Shown: positions 38,152 through 47,556 of the stretch, piece by piece
How positions within the stretch are numbered: the stretch's first letter is position 1
Layout: the number at the start of each line of letters is the position of its first letter
DNA from: Sneathiellales bacterium
Lineage (GTDB): Bacteria > Pseudomonadota > Alphaproteobacteria > JANQFL01
Assembly: GCA_028277845.1 (NCBI GenBank)
Contig: JANQFL010000011.1
Location: forward strand, 200,887 to 264,886
DNA length: 64,000 nucleotides
Direction of reading: 5' to 3'
Translations under genes and position numbers: made by a program
Notes under the pieces: generated by a model
What the model saw: the letters and a program-made list of their open reading frames with translations, nothing else
Database searches by the model: none
What the model was told of the DNA's origin: nothing

Positions 38152-39558
38152 CTAAAGGGTAGCCCTGTCAGAGATATAGGACTGAACGGCCAACAAGTCA
38201 TGGGGCAGCACGTCGAATCGTTCCGGCTTGTCCATCAGCGCCGCCAGGCGTGCGGGCATGGCCGGCGTACGGCCGCAGGACGTCTCCACCGCCGCCGGGA
38301 ACTTGGCCGGATGGGCCGTGGACAGGGTGATCATAGGGACGTCGGCCGCCACCAGCCCCCGCCCGCGCGCCTCGGCCGCCGCGTGCAGGCCGACCGCGGT
38401 GTGCGGGTCGATCAGTTCACCGGTTTCGCTTAAGGTCCGGTCGATGGTCGCCGCGGTGTCCTCCTCGCTGCAGCGCAGGCCGGCGAATTGGCTGTTGGCC
38501 CGGGCCAGGATGTTGCCCGGCACGGTGAACGCACCGGACTGGGTGAAGCCGTCCATCAGGCCGCGCACCCGGTCGCCGTCCCGGTCGCACAGATCAAAGA
38601 GCAAGCGCTCGAAGTTGGACGACACCTGGATGTCCATGCTCGGGCTCATGGTCGGCTCGACCGTGCCGGACCGATAGCTGCCGCTCTCGAAGAACCGGGC
38701 CAGGATGTCGTTGCGGTTGGTGGCGACCAGCAGCCGATCGATGGGCAGCCCCATGAGCGATGCGCCGTAGCCGGCGAAGACATCGCCGAAATTGCCCGTC
38801 GGCACCGAGAACGCCACCGGCCGGTGCGGTCCGCCGAGCGACACGGCGGCGGTGAAGTAGTAGACGATCTGCGCCATCACCCGTGCCCAATTGATCGAGT
38901 TGACCGCCGACAGACTGAGTCGGTCCCGGAAGGCCTGGTCGTTGAACATGGCTTTCACCAACGCCTGGCAATCGTCGAATGTGCCCTCGATGGCGATGTT
39001 GTGCACGTTGGCGTCGGCGACCGTCGTCATCTGCCGGCGCTGCACATCCGACACCCGGCCGTAGGGATGCAGGATGAAGATGTCGATCGCGTCACGCCCA
39101 CGGCAGGCCTCGATGGCCGCCGAGCCGGTATCGCCCGAGGTGGCGCCGACGATGGTCACCCGCTTGCCCCGGCGGCTCAGCACGTTATCGAACAACCGGC
39201 CCAGGAGCTGCAGGGCGCAATCCTTGAAGGCGAAAGTCGGGCCGTGGAACAGCTCGAGCAGGAATTCGTTGGCGCCGACCTGCTTCAGCGGCACCACGGC
39301 GGGATGGTCGAAGCCGACATAAGCGTCTTCGACAATGGCGGCGAACTCGTCGGCCAACGGACTTGGACCGATGAACGGCAGCATGACCTCGGTGGCCACC
39401 TCGGCATAACTCTTGCCCGCCATGGCGGCGATGGTCTCGCCCGGTAGCCGCGGCCAGGTGACGGGCAGATACAAGCCGCCGTCACGGGCCAGCCCGGTCA
39501 GCAGGACATCCTCAAACTCAAGCTCGGGGGCCGCCCCCCGGGTGCTGGTATAGCGCAC
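38152..39558 (-). CDS. thrC: Threonine synthase
   Basis: RYTSTRG, FHGPTFAFKD, ATSGDTG, VPTGNFG, TAHPAKF. Confidence 0.96.
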   Translation of the reverse strand: MRYTSTRGAAPELEFEDVLLTGLARDGGLYLPVTWPRLPGETIAAMAGKSYAEVATEVMLPFIGPSPLADEFAAIVEDAYVGFDHPAVVPLKQVGANEFLLELFHGPTFAFKDCALQLLGRLFDNVLSRRGKRVTIVGATSGDTGSAAIEACRGRDAIDIFILHPYGRVSDVQRRQMTTVADANVHNIAIEGTFDDCQALVKAMFNDQAFRDRLSLSAVNSINWARVMAQIVYYFTAAVSLGGPHRPVAFSVPTGNFGDVFAGYGASLMGLPIDRLLVATNRNDILARFFESGSYRSGTVEPTMSPSMDIQVSSNFERLLFDLCDRDGDRVRGLMDGFTQSGAFTVPGNILARANSQFAGLRCSEEDTAATIDRTLSETGELIDPHTAVGLHAAAEARGRGLVAADVPMITLSTAHPAKFPAAVETSCGRTPAMPARLAALMDKPERFDVLPHDLLAVQSYISDRATL

Positions 39559-39770
39559 ACTGCACTCCGAAGTTCCCGCGCAACGCGGGGTCAAAAAGCG
39601 GCGCGTAGCCTATAGGCGGCGGGGGTATGAGGCAAGGGCTGGGAACGACATAATCACCAAACGGCGCGCCCAAATGGACGGTTATGCCTGATCCAACGAT
39701 CTCTTTCTTTTCCGCAGCGATTGCGTCACGCTAGGACGCAAAGCAGGCAGGCAAAACGACAAGGAGCAGG

Positions 39771-41348
39771 TTGTTGGAGCAGCGTGGGATCGTCATCGGC
39801 GGCGGCGGGCCGGTGGGATTGGGGTTGGCTATCGATTTGGGCCAGCGCGGGATCGACGTGCTGGTGCTGGAGCGGTCCCTGAATTTACACAACATTCCCA
39901 AGGGCCAGAACCTGACCCAGCGCACCGGCGAGCATTTCCAGGCCTGGGGCGTGGCCGAGGCGATGACGCTGGCCCGGCCGATCCCCGCCACCTTCGGCGA
40001 CGAGGGCATGACCACCTACGGCACCATCCTCGGCGATTACCGCTATGACTGGCACCGCCGCAAGGACGTGCGGGAGTATTACAACGCCGACAATCTGCGC
40101 ATTCCGCAATACGGCGCCGAAGCGATCCTGCGCGCCCGCTGTGATGAGCTGGAGAGTATCGAAGTCCGTTACGGCGCGCGCGCCACGGAGGTAACTCAGG
40201 ATGCGGACCGGGCCGTCGTGACATACGAAGATGATGATGGCGTGACCGGCAGCGTATCCGCCACTTACGTCGTTGGCTGCGACGGCGCCCGGTCACTGGT
40301 GCGCGAACAGGCCGGCATCCAACAGGACTTCACCGACAATCGGAACCGTATGTGCCTGATCGTGTTCCGATCGACGGAACTGCACGACCTGCTGCAACGC
40401 CATCCGGGTAAATCCTATTTCAACGCAGTACGGCCCGAGCATAAGGGCTACTGGCTGTTTCTCGGCCGGGTCGATTTGGGCCGCACATGGTTCTTCCACG
40501 CTCCGGTACCGCTCGACGCCACCCGGGACAATTTCGACTTCGAGGCATTTCTGCACGACGCCGTCGGCGCCGAGTTCGCCATGGAGTTCGACTATGTCGG
40601 TTTTTGGGACCTGCGTATCTCGCACGCCCAAAGCTACCGGTCGGGCCGCCTGTTCATCGCCGGCGACGCCGCCCACAGTCACCCGCCCTATGGCGGCTAC
40701 GGCGTCAACACGGGCTTCGAGGATGCCCGCAACCTGGCCTGGAAACTGGCCGCCGACATGGACGGTTGGGCCGGCCCGGGCCTGTTGGACAGCTACGGCG
40801 CCGAGCGCCACCCTGTGTTCGCTTCGACCGCCGAGGACTTCATCCGCCGCATGATCCGCGAGGACGGTGCGTTCGTGAACGCCTTCGATCCGGCAAAAGA
40901 TAGAGCTGCGTTCGAGGCCAAATGGCGCGAACGGGCCAACAGCACCAAGAAGGACGTCGCCGGCTTCAACCCCAACTACGCCGGTTCGCCGGTGGTCGTC
41001 GGCGGCAGCGGAGAAAGCGGCGCCTTGGCCGCTCACAGCCACCGGGCGACGCCGGGATATCATCTGACGCCGCATCGGCTGGCGGACGGCGGCAATGTCT
41101 ACGACCACCTGGCCGCCGACCGCTTCACTCTGCTATCCGCCGGTGCCGATGCGGCCGATGCCGCCGCTTTTGCCGAAGCCGTCGGCCGCTCCAGTATCCC
41201 GTTGCAGATCGTCGATGCCGCGTCGGAAGACGCGGCGACCTGGCGCGCCAAGCTCATCCTGGTGCGGCCCGACAATTACGTGGCCTTCGCCGCCGACCGA
41301 CTGACCGGCGATGCCGACGACATCTTGGGGAAGGCTGCGGGTTACTGA
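39771..41348 (+). CDS. FAD-dependent monooxygenase (PheA/TfdB-like)
   Basis: GGGPVG, GCDGARS, GDAAHSHPPYGGYGVNTG, LVRPD. Confidence 0.9.
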   Translation: MLEQRGIVIGGGGPVGLGLAIDLGQRGIDVLVLERSLNLHNIPKGQNLTQRTGEHFQAWGVAEAMTLARPIPATFGDEGMTTYGTILGDYRYDWHRRKDVREYYNADNLRIPQYGAEAILRARCDELESIEVRYGARATEVTQDADRAVVTYEDDDGVTGSVSATYVVGCDGARSLVREQAGIQQDFTDNRNRMCLIVFRSTELHDLLQRHPGKSYFNAVRPEHKGYWLFLGRVDLGRTWFFHAPVPLDATRDNFDFEAFLHDAVGAEFAMEFDYVGFWDLRISHAQSYRSGRLFIAGDAAHSHPPYGGYGVNTGFEDARNLAWKLAADMDGWAGPGLLDSYGAERHPVFASTAEDFIRRMIREDGAFVNAFDPAKDRAAFEAKWRERANSTKKDVAGFNPNYAGSPVVVGGSGESGALAAHSHRATPGYHLTPHRLADGGNVYDHLAADRFTLLSAGADAADAAAFAEAVGRSSIPLQIVDAASEDAATWRAKLILVRPDNYVAFAADRLTGDADDILGKAAGY

Positions 41349-41397
41349 GCGTCAAATGCAGCTTTATGCTATTCGCACGACAAACACTCCCCGGAGC

Positions 41398-41991
41398 CTA
41401 CTTTTTGATTTCCACTGAGCGCATGGTTGAATGGGAATAGATTTCCAATATTACCTTGATGTCGTTTGTTTTCTTGTTCTTAGCGCACTCCAGTAGCCGC
41501 CAAGAACGGTCCAAATTGTGAACTTCAACCCGCCCCAATCCGATCCCCGCATTCGGCCTGAGATGATATCGGCATGGATTGGCGGAGATCTCCAAAATCG
41601 CATTTCGAACATCGTCGAGATCGAATAAGTCTTTGCTCGTACGGAGAACCACGCAGTGTTCCAAGAAGATGTAACTTGGGCAGTGTTTTTTGGAGTCCGT
41701 GCTGTCGACAATTTTACAAGTCCGCCGTGATTCTTTGTTCTTTTCAAGCAGTTCGTCCGGTTGACAATACTTGGCACCGAGGCCAACGATTGGAACCGCC
41801 GGGACGTAGAGATCGTGAGCGTTGCGATTGGTAATGCGAGCAACGATTAATTCGGCGACTGCGGCGCTACGGTAAATGTCGACATTGTAATAGTGGTAAT
41901 GTCGATCCCACGACCGCTTAACCCAAGCTACGAGTAACAATGCCGCAACAGCGGTCGCAATGGCGATTTTTCGCTTGCTGAGGCGTGTCAT
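41398..41991 (-). CDS. Hypothetical exported or membrane-anchored protein in a lower-GC patch
   Basis: 197 aa ORF; basic plus hydrophobic N-terminus; six Cys; no family recognised. Confidence 0.55.
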   Translation of the reverse strand: MTRLSKRKIAIATAVAALLLVAWVKRSWDRHYHYYNVDIYRSAAVAELIVARITNRNAHDLYVPAVPIVGLGAKYCQPDELLEKNKESRRTCKIVDSTDSKKHCPSYIFLEHCVVLRTSKDLFDLDDVRNAILEISANPCRYHLRPNAGIGLGRVEVHNLDRSWRLLECAKNKKTNDIKVILEIYSHSTMRSVEIKK

Positions 41992-42205
41992 TGGATCATT
42001 GGCTGCGGGGAAAGAATTGCGACGACAATACCATTTACCTGTCGAGCCTAACCATCCGTTGCGGAAGGAACAACTTCAGTGGAGAGCGTGAGCCCTCACG
42101 CCATATCCCTGAACCATCTGTCAGCTCTGCGATTTCTGCAAACCGCACATCGAAGCTATGCATTCACGGCGCTTGTGCGGCGTACGCGCCGTCCGGTAAG
42201 GGAGA

Positions 42206-43549
42206 ATGATGATTGCTTCGCTCGCCCCTGTCGCGGCGCTCTTGCTCAGCACCGCCTTCCTGCTCACCGGCAACGGCCTGCAGAACACGCTGGTGCCCAT
42301 ACGGGCGGATATAGAGGCGTTCTCCACCTACTCCATCGGCATCATGGGCGCCGTGTATTTTCTCGGCTTCGGTACCGGATGCGTGCTGGCGCCGCGCATC
42401 GTGCGCCGCACCGGCCATATCCGCGCCTTCGCCGCCATGTCGGCCATCGCCTCGACCACGGCTTTGGCGCATGCGCTGATCCTGCTGCCGGCCGCGTGGT
42501 GGGTGTTTCGCGGCATGACCGGTTTCTGCTTCGCCGCCCTTTACGTGGTGATCGAAAGCTGGCTCAACGAGCGCTCCTCCAACGAGAACCGGGGCGCCGT
42601 GCTCAGCGTCTACAACGTCATCAACCTGACCGTCATCACCGTCGGCCAGATGATGGTGACGCTGTACGACCCGGCGTCGTTTCCACTGTTCATCCTGGCT
42701 TCGATCCTGGTCTCATTGGCCGCCGTCCCGGTGGCCATGACCGTATCGGTGCCGCCGGCGCCGGTGCAGATCGTCGAGATCCCGTTGGTTCGGCTGTTTC
42801 GGGTGACCCCCGTTGCGGTGGTCGGTACGGCGGCGGTCGGCGCCGTCAACGGCGCCTTCTGGACCCTATCGCCCGTGTTCGCGCGGGAAAGCGGCCTCAA
42901 TGTCACCGGCGTCGCATTGTTCATGTCGATCGCCGTGCTGGGCGGCGCCGCCGGGCAGTGGCCGCTGGGCCGGCTGTCCGACCGTATCGACCGGCGCATC
43001 GTCATCATCGCCGCCAGTCTGATCGCCGCCACCGCCAGCTTGACCATGGACACCTTCGGTGTCGGCTCGGTCATGGGCCTGCTGCTGTTCTCGGCTCTGT
43101 TCGGCCTCGGCGCCTTTCCGCTCTACGCACTCTGCGTCGCCCACACCAACGACCGCCTGGAGCCCCACGAATTCGTCCAGGCCTCCAGCGCGCTGTTGTT
43201 GCTCTATGGCGCCGGCGCCGTGGTCGGGCCGTTGATCGGCTCCGTTCTGATGACCGGCATCGGGCCGATGGGCCTGTATGTCTTCACGGCGTCGGTGCAC
43301 GGCCTGACGGCGCTCTACGCCCTGGCGCGGCTCCGCTTCCGCACCGCCATCTCGGCCGAAGACAAGGAGCAGTTCCAGCCGGTGCCGCGCACATCGGCCA
43401 CGGTCTACGCCATCGACCCGCGCTCGGAGGAAAGCGACGAAGAGCGCGCCGCGGCCGATGACAACGCGCCGGCCGAACCGGCGGACACCGGCGACGAGCC
43501 CCTTGTCGTCCCCCTTGTGGAACCGGAAGTCGGACCGCCGCGCGGCTGA
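42206..43549 (+). CDS. MFS transporter (YcaD-like)
   Basis: About 12 hydrophobic segments, IESWLNE, GRLSDRIDRR. Confidence 0.92.
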   Translation: MMIASLAPVAALLLSTAFLLTGNGLQNTLVPIRADIEAFSTYSIGIMGAVYFLGFGTGCVLAPRIVRRTGHIRAFAAMSAIASTTALAHALILLPAAWWVFRGMTGFCFAALYVVIESWLNERSSNENRGAVLSVYNVINLTVITVGQMMVTLYDPASFPLFILASILVSLAAVPVAMTVSVPPAPVQIVEIPLVRLFRVTPVAVVGTAAVGAVNGAFWTLSPVFARESGLNVTGVALFMSIAVLGGAAGQWPLGRLSDRIDRRIVIIAASLIAATASLTMDTFGVGSVMGLLLFSALFGLGAFPLYALCVAHTNDRLEPHEFVQASSALLLLYGAGAVVGPLIGSVLMTGIGPMGLYVFTASVHGLTALYALARLRFRTAISAEDKEQFQPVPRTSATVYAIDPRSEESDEERAAADDNAPAEPADTGDEPLVVPLVEPEVGPPRG

Positions 43550-43593
43550 GCGCGCGGACGCGTCCACCTGTATTTCCGCCACCAAACCCAGCG

Positions 43594-43636
43594 GACCCGA
43601 CCCGACCCGACCCGACCCGACCCGACCCGACCCGAC
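43594..43636. repeat. Pentanucleotide simple sequence repeat (CCCGA)8
   Basis: Eight perfect CCCGA units at 43596-43635 plus partial flanks. Confidence 0.95.
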
Positions 43637-43657
43637 AAGGCACAAACAAATCATTTG

Positions 43658-43692
43658 TTGACTGTCAAATTGTACCTACTAGTATGTACAAT
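43658..43692 (+). promoter_or_regulatory. Promoter with TetR-type operator
   Basis: TTGACT at 43658; 24-bp near-perfect palindrome ATTGTACCTACTAGTATGTACAAT at 43669-43692. Confidence 0.7.
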
Positions 43693-43815
43693 ACATACCG
43701 CCTTTCGGACGTTGATGGCCGTGAAGACCGGGTAACGGGTAACGTACGGTCCGATCCGGCCAGCGGTGGGTTGCATACTGAGGCTCGAAACGCGCCGATA
43801 CGAAGTGATTTGACC

Positions 43816-44427
43816 GTGCCCGCTCAATCGTCCGCCCGTACCAAACTGCTCGATGCCGCCCGGTCCCTGTTGTGGGAGCGGGGGTATGAAGCCATGAGCC
43901 CGCGCACGGTCCTGGACCGGGCCGGCGCCGGTCAGGGCAGCCTGTATCATCACTTCGACGGCAAGGGCGACCTGGCGGCGGCGGCCATGCAGCTCATCGC
44001 CGACGAAATGAAAGCCCATACCGACATGGTCTTCGACCCAGCAAAGCCGCCGTTGCAGCGCATCGACGACTACCTCGCCGCACCGCGCGACGGCACCAAG
44101 GGCTGCAAGCTGGGCCGCCTGGCCAACGAGAACGCCGTCACCGGCCCCGCCGCCGACGGCAAACTGCGGTCACCCCTGGCCGGATATTTCCGTCATGTCG
44201 AGGCCGCCGTGTTGGCGGCGCTGCGCGAGGCCCAGCGAGACGGCAACCTGCCCACGGGACTCGACTGCGGCGCCGTGGCCCAGACCCTGGTCGCCACCGT
44301 TCAGGGTGGTTTTGTATTAAGCCGCGTACACAATGACGATCACCGTTTCACCATCGCCGCCCAGGGCGCCCGCGCCATGATCGATGCCCTGTGCACCGCC
44401 ATCCCAAAAACCCCAGAGAAGGAATGA
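43816..44427 (+). CDS. TetR family transcriptional regulator
   Basis: GYEAMSPRTVLDRAGAGQGSLYHHF, GCKLG; start uncertain. Confidence 0.9.
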   Translation: MPAQSSARTKLLDAARSLLWERGYEAMSPRTVLDRAGAGQGSLYHHFDGKGDLAAAAMQLIADEMKAHTDMVFDPAKPPLQRIDDYLAAPRDGTKGCKLGRLANENAVTGPAADGKLRSPLAGYFRHVEAAVLAALREAQRDGNLPTGLDCGAVAQTLVATVQGGFVLSRVHNDDHRFTIAAQGARAMIDALCTAIPKTPEKE

Positions 44428-44431
44428 CCGC

Positions 44432-45034
44432 ATGCAGCTGTATTACTCGCCCACCTCCCCTTACGCCCGCAAGGTCCGGGCCGTCGCCATGGAAACCGGA
44501 CAGGCCGCGGAGATCGAGGTGGTGCCGTGCGACCCGTTCGACGGCGGCAGCCCCTTACATGCGACCAACCCCTTGGGTCGGGTCCCTGCCTTGTCGCGAC
44601 CGGATGCCGATACCCTGTTCGACAGTCCGGTGATTTGCGAATACCTCATCGCCCGGGCGAGCCGCGACGACCTGCTGCCGGCGGCCGGTGAAGCGCGTTG
44701 GACGGTGTTGCGCTGGCAGGCCCTGGCCGACGGGTTGCTCGACAGCGCCTTCACCCGCACCATGGAAATGCGCAAACCGACGGAGAAGCAATCGGAAGAT
44801 TGGCTCGAACGCTGGGCTCGACAGATCGGCACGGCGTGCGACGCCCTGGAAGCCGAGATCGGCCGCCTGCCGGAACCCATCAACCTGGCGCACATCGCCA
44901 TTGCCTGCGCGCTGGGCTATCTCGATCTGCGCCACGGCGACCTGAACTGGCGCGACGGCCGGCCAGGCCTGACCGCCTGGGAGGCCGAGATGGCGAAACG
45001 TCCGTCCATCGCCGAAACCAAGCCCGAAGCCTGA
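44432..45034 (+). CDS. Glutathione S-transferase family protein
   Basis: SPTSPYARKV, NPLGRVP, FDSPVICEYL. Confidence 0.92.
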   Translation: MQLYYSPTSPYARKVRAVAMETGQAAEIEVVPCDPFDGGSPLHATNPLGRVPALSRPDADTLFDSPVICEYLIARASRDDLLPAAGEARWTVLRWQALADGLLDSAFTRTMEMRKPTEKQSEDWLERWARQIGTACDALEAEIGRLPEPINLAHIAIACALGYLDLRHGDLNWRDGRPGLTAWEAEMAKRPSIAETKPEA

Positions 45035-45076
45035 ACCGCCCCACGCCCAACTGCCGCGTCCCGCAGGAGATCCGAC

Positions 45077-46063
45077 ATGCGTACACCCTTCACCGAAATG
45101 CTCGATCTGACCCACCCCGTCGCCCTCGCCCCCATGGCCATGGTGACCAACGGCGGCCTGGCGGCGGCCATGGCGGAGACCGGCGGCCTCGGGCTGCTGG
45201 GGGCCGGTTACGGCCTGCCGGCCTGGGGCGGCCATGAGTGGATGGAGCGCGAGTTCGCCGCCGCACGGCAGAAGACCAACGCGCCCTATCTCGGCGTCGG
45301 CTTCATCACCTGGCGACTGGCCGAGGAACCCGATCTGCTGCAGACAGCGCTGGCCCACAAGCCTGCAGCGGTCATGTTGTCGTTCGGCGATCCGGTGCCC
45401 TTCGCCGACGACATCAAGCAAGCCGGCGCCAAGCTGATCTGCCAGGTGCAAACGATCGTCGATGCCAAGGCTGCGGCCAAAGCCGGCGCCGACGTGATCA
45501 TCGCTCAGGGCACCGAAGCCGGCGGCCATGGCGCTACCCGCGCCACCCTGCCGTTCGTGCCCGCCGTGGTCGACGCGGTCGGGTCCATCCCCGTGCTGGC
45601 GGCGGGCGGCATCGCCGACGGGCGCGGCCTGGCGGCGGCGCTGGCCCTGGGTGCGGCCGGCGCCCTGGTCGGCACCCGCTTCTTCGCCGCAACGGAATCC
45701 GGCGGTCCGCCCAACGCACAGCCGCGCATGGTCGCCGCCAGCGGCGAGGACACGCGGCGCACCTCGGTGGTCGACATGGCCCGCGGCATGGACTGGCCCA
45801 AGCCCTATACCGGCCGGGTCATCGCCAACGATTATGTGCGGCGCTGGCACGGCAACGAGGAGGCGCTGCAGGGCGAACTGGCATCCGAGCAAGCCCGCTT
45901 CGCCGAGGCCATGACGCAAGGCGACTTCGACACAGCCGCGGTGCACGCCGGAGAGGGCCTCGATCTCATTCATGAAGTCCAGCCGGTGCGCACCATCGTC
46001 GACGACATGCTGGCCGACGCCCGCAAGGCCCTCGCCGCCGCCACTGCGGCTGCCGAAAGCTGA
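45077..46063 (+). CDS. Nitronate monooxygenase family flavoprotein
   Basis: LAPM, QGTEAGGHG, AAGGIADGRG, GTRF. Confidence 0.9.
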   Translation: MRTPFTEMLDLTHPVALAPMAMVTNGGLAAAMAETGGLGLLGAGYGLPAWGGHEWMEREFAAARQKTNAPYLGVGFITWRLAEEPDLLQTALAHKPAAVMLSFGDPVPFADDIKQAGAKLICQVQTIVDAKAAAKAGADVIIAQGTEAGGHGATRATLPFVPAVVDAVGSIPVLAAGGIADGRGLAAALALGAAGALVGTRFFAATESGGPPNAQPRMVAASGEDTRRTSVVDMARGMDWPKPYTGRVIANDYVRRWHGNEEALQGELASEQARFAEAMTQGDFDTAAVHAGEGLDLIHEVQPVRTIVDDMLADARKALAAATAAAES

Positions 46064-46065
46064 CC

Positions 46066-46680
46066 GTGTCCGAGCGTCCCAGCGACATCGCCTTCAGCGA
46101 TGCGGTGCGCCGCATGCAGGAGAAGCTGGGCTCGCGGGCCGACTATGCCCGGACGGAGAAGAAGGGCTTCATGCGCAACCGCCTGGACGAGGACGCCCGG
46201 ACGTACATTGCCCAGCGCGACTCCATGTATCTTGGCACGGCGTCCGCCGACGGCCGGCCCTACATCCAGCACCGGGGCGGGCCGAGGGGTTTCCTCAAGA
46301 TCATCGACGACTACACCCTGGCCATGGCCGATTTTCCCGGCAACAAGCAATACATCTCGCTCGGTAATCTGTCGGAGAACAATCAGGCCTTTCTGTTCCT
46401 GATGGACTATCCCAACCGCATGCGCATGAAAATCTGGGGTCGCATAACGCTGGTCGAGGATGACCAGGAATTGCTGAAACTGGTCGACGACCCCGCCTAC
46501 ATCGCCCGGCCGCTACGCGTCCTGGAGTTCGCCGTCGAAGCCTTCGACTTCAACTGCCCCAACCACATCACTCCGCGCTACCCGGAAGCCCAAGTCGCCG
46601 CCGCCATCGCCAAACTGGAAGGCCGCATCGAGGAATTGGAGGTGGAGTTGGCACGGGCGCGAGGCGACGGCACAAATTAA
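46066..46680 (+). CDS. Pyridoxamine 5'-phosphate oxidase-like FMN-binding protein
   Basis: PYIQHRGGPRGF, GNKQYISLGNL, NCPNHITPRY. Confidence 0.88.
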   Translation: MSERPSDIAFSDAVRRMQEKLGSRADYARTEKKGFMRNRLDEDARTYIAQRDSMYLGTASADGRPYIQHRGGPRGFLKIIDDYTLAMADFPGNKQYISLGNLSENNQAFLFLMDYPNRMRMKIWGRITLVEDDQELLKLVDDPAYIARPLRVLEFAVEAFDFNCPNHITPRYPEAQVAAAIAKLEGRIEELEVELARARGDGTN

Positions 46681-47552
46681 CCCACCGCCACCCGTTGCTG
46701 CAGCCGCTGCCAATCCTGATCCACCTCGGACTGAATGGCGGCGACGCCGTCGTCGGTGAGGTGGCGGTAGCGTTTCTGCAGGGACAGATAGTCGCCCACC
46801 GGGCGCGATTTGCCGTCGGTGTTCATGGTGTAGGTGACGCCGTCCTCCACTTCGAACAGCGGGAACACACCGGACTCCACGCCCATGCGGGCGGTCTTGA
46901 CGGCGGCGTTGTCGGCGACGCCCCAGCCGGGCAGGCAGGGGATCAAAACGATGATCACCTTCATGCCGCGAATGCCCTTGGCCTTCTCCACCTTGGCCGC
47001 CAGGTCGTTGACGTGGGACGGGCTGGCGGTGGCGATGTAGGGGATGCGGTGGGCCGCCAGGATTTCGATCAGGTTCTTCTTGCGGGTGTCCTTGCCGCCG
47101 GGCGTGCTGCCGGTGGCGGCGTTGAGCGGCGTCGACGAGGACTTCTGCCCGCCGGTGTTCATGTAGCCTTCGTTGTCGAAGCAGATGTAGAGGATATCCT
47201 CGTTGCGCTCGGCCGCTGAGGAGAGGGCCTGCAGGCCGATGTCGTAGGTGCCGCCGTCGCCGGCAATGCACAGCACCGTGGTGTCGTGCTTGCCCTTGGC
47301 CATCAGCGCCCGTTTGACGCCGCTGGCCGACGCCGCGCCCGATTCCAGCGTGGTATGGAACACCGGGATGTTGACCGAACTCATCGGATAGCCGCCGCAG
47401 ATCACGGCGGTGCAGGACGGCGGCACCACGGCCACGGCGTCCTTGCCGACGGTGTTGAGGATGACGCGCAGCGACAAAGCCTCGACGCAACCGCCGCAGG
47501 CCACATGGCCGGAGTTGAACAGGCCGTCGTCCTGATAGTCGATCATCTCCAT
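46677..47552 (-). CDS. porB: 2-oxoacid oxidoreductase beta subunit (TPP-binding)
   Basis: ACGGC, GDGG...DNEGYMNTGGQ, IPC. Confidence 0.85.
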   Translation of the reverse strand: MEMIDYQDDGLFNSGHVACGGCVEALSLRVILNTVGKDAVAVVPPSCTAVICGGYPMSSVNIPVFHTTLESGAASASGVKRALMAKGKHDTTVLCIAGDGGTYDIGLQALSSAAERNEDILYICFDNEGYMNTGGQKSSSTPLNAATGSTPGGKDTRKKNLIEILAAHRIPYIATASPSHVNDLAAKVEKAKGIRGMKVIIVLIPCLPGWGVADNAAVKTARMGVESGVFPLFEVEDGVTYTMNTDGKSRPVGDYLSLQKRYRHLTDDGVAAIQSEVDQDWQRLQQRVAVG

Positions 47553-47556
47553 CGTT

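Noticed and set aside
43594-43636. Possible CRISPR or coding repeat (GSGRV / PDPTR ORFs)
   Set aside because: Spacerless pentamer tract, no cas genes; the repeat peptides are just translations of the microsatellite
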